NCBI GenBank assembly: GCA_026014495.1 | Contig: JAOZIF010000171.1 | Coordinates: forward strand, 1 to 64,000 | Direction of reading: 5' to 3' | DNA length: 64,000 nt | Origin: Candidatus Bathyarchaeum sp. | GTDB taxonomy: Archaea; Thermoproteota; Bathyarchaeia; Bathyarchaeales; Bathyarchaeaceae | In this document: positions 63,509 through 64,000 of the stretch, piece by piece | Numbering within the stretch: position 1 is the first letter of the stretch | How the letters are laid out: the number at the start of each line of letters is the position of its first letter | The notes under the pieces: generated by a model | The model's database searches: none | Told to the model about the DNA's origin: nothing | The model's input: only the letters and a program-made list of their open reading frames with translations | Translations under genes and position numbers: made by a program

Positions 63509-64000
63509 ATGATTCCAAAATATGTGTTCCTCACAAAGGGTGTAGGCAAACATAAAGACTATTTACAGTCATTTGAGTTAGCCCTAAGAAACGCTGGCAT
63601 ACAGGCATGCAACATAGTAACTGTTTCTAGTATACTGCCGCCAGGATGTAAAGTAATCTCAAAAGAGCAAGGTCTAAAGATGCTTCACCCGGGTGAGATA
63701 ACGTTTGCCGTCATGTCAAAAAACTCTGTTCAGGAGCCGCACCGGCTAATTGCAGCGTCAATTGGTATGGCGATTCCCGCAAGCCAAAACACTTACGGTT
63801 ACCTCTCTGAGCACCACTCTTTTGGTCAAACAGCAGTAATGGCAGGAAACTATGCTGAAGACTTGGCGGCGACAATGTTGGCAACAACTATGGGTATTCC
63901 TTTTGACTCTGAGCAAGCGTGGGACGAGAAAAAGCAGATTTTTCAAACTAGCGGATTGATAATAAAGACAAGTAACATAACACAATCGGCGAAAGGAGAA
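63509..64000 (+). CDS. pdaD: Pyruvoyl-dependent arginine decarboxylase, partial (runs off the window)
   Basis: [44 protein letters not shown]; open frame to the window end. Confidence 0.92.
   Translation, partial: MIPKYVFLTKGVGKHKDYLQSFELALRNAGIQACNIVTVSSILPPGCKVISKEQGLKMLHPGEITFAVMSKNSVQEPHRLIAASIGMAIPASQNTYGYLSEHHSFGQTAVMAGNYAEDLAATMLATTMGIPFDSEQAWDEKKQIFQTSGLIIKTSNITQSAKGE

Noticed and set aside
226-63985. Numerous antisense or alternate-frame ORFs in the track (e.g. 649-1215, 5672-6397, 25513-26121, 32361-32798, 33523-33846)
   Set aside because: They are shadows of well-supported genes on the other strand, favoured by biased codon usage. 33523-33846 is largely the antisense of the -1 chaperone frame.
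1-64000. rRNA, SRP/RNase P RNA, IS elements
   Set aside because: No long GC-rich structured intergenic tract and no transposase-like ORF was seen.

Overview
Archaeal chromosome segment, most likely Bathyarchaeia/TACK. This is inferred from archaeal leuS, a TACK-type proteasome beta, a TFE-beta-like gene, the kae1-bud32-rdgB-rps15-GAN-pcc1-serS-rps3ae cluster and many PEF-CTERM/NosD surface proteins. 1-26.6 kb is housekeeping genes (partial tRNA-Arg, leuS, pfkA, psmB, rlmE, KEOPS, ribosomal proteins) interrupted by solitary secreted-protein genes. About 27.1-53.7 kb is an apparently intact head-tail (Caudoviricetes-like) morphogenesis module: prohead protease, cement, HK97-fold capsid, neck, tail tube, a -1 frameshifted tail chaperone, a 181-aa mini tape measure, hub, TerS, TerL and an ABC-ATPase/GNAT fusion. 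I could not recognise any integrase, replication gene or att site. The module is split by host-type genes (NosD, pyrF; a MarR-MFS-prenylcysteine-oxidase-like operon, CDF), and its portal gene lies about 6 kb away on the opposite strand. This fits a gene-transfer-agent-like domesticated virus, or alternatively a rearranged cryptic provirus. A ~40-50 bp sequence overlapping the terS start recurs three more times in host intergenic DNA. 54-62 kb is a glycosylation cluster (wbpA/D/E-like, GT2s), followed by rpoP, a deoxyhypusine synthase and a partial pdaD. All functional calls come from motif recognition by eye; no database searches were run.
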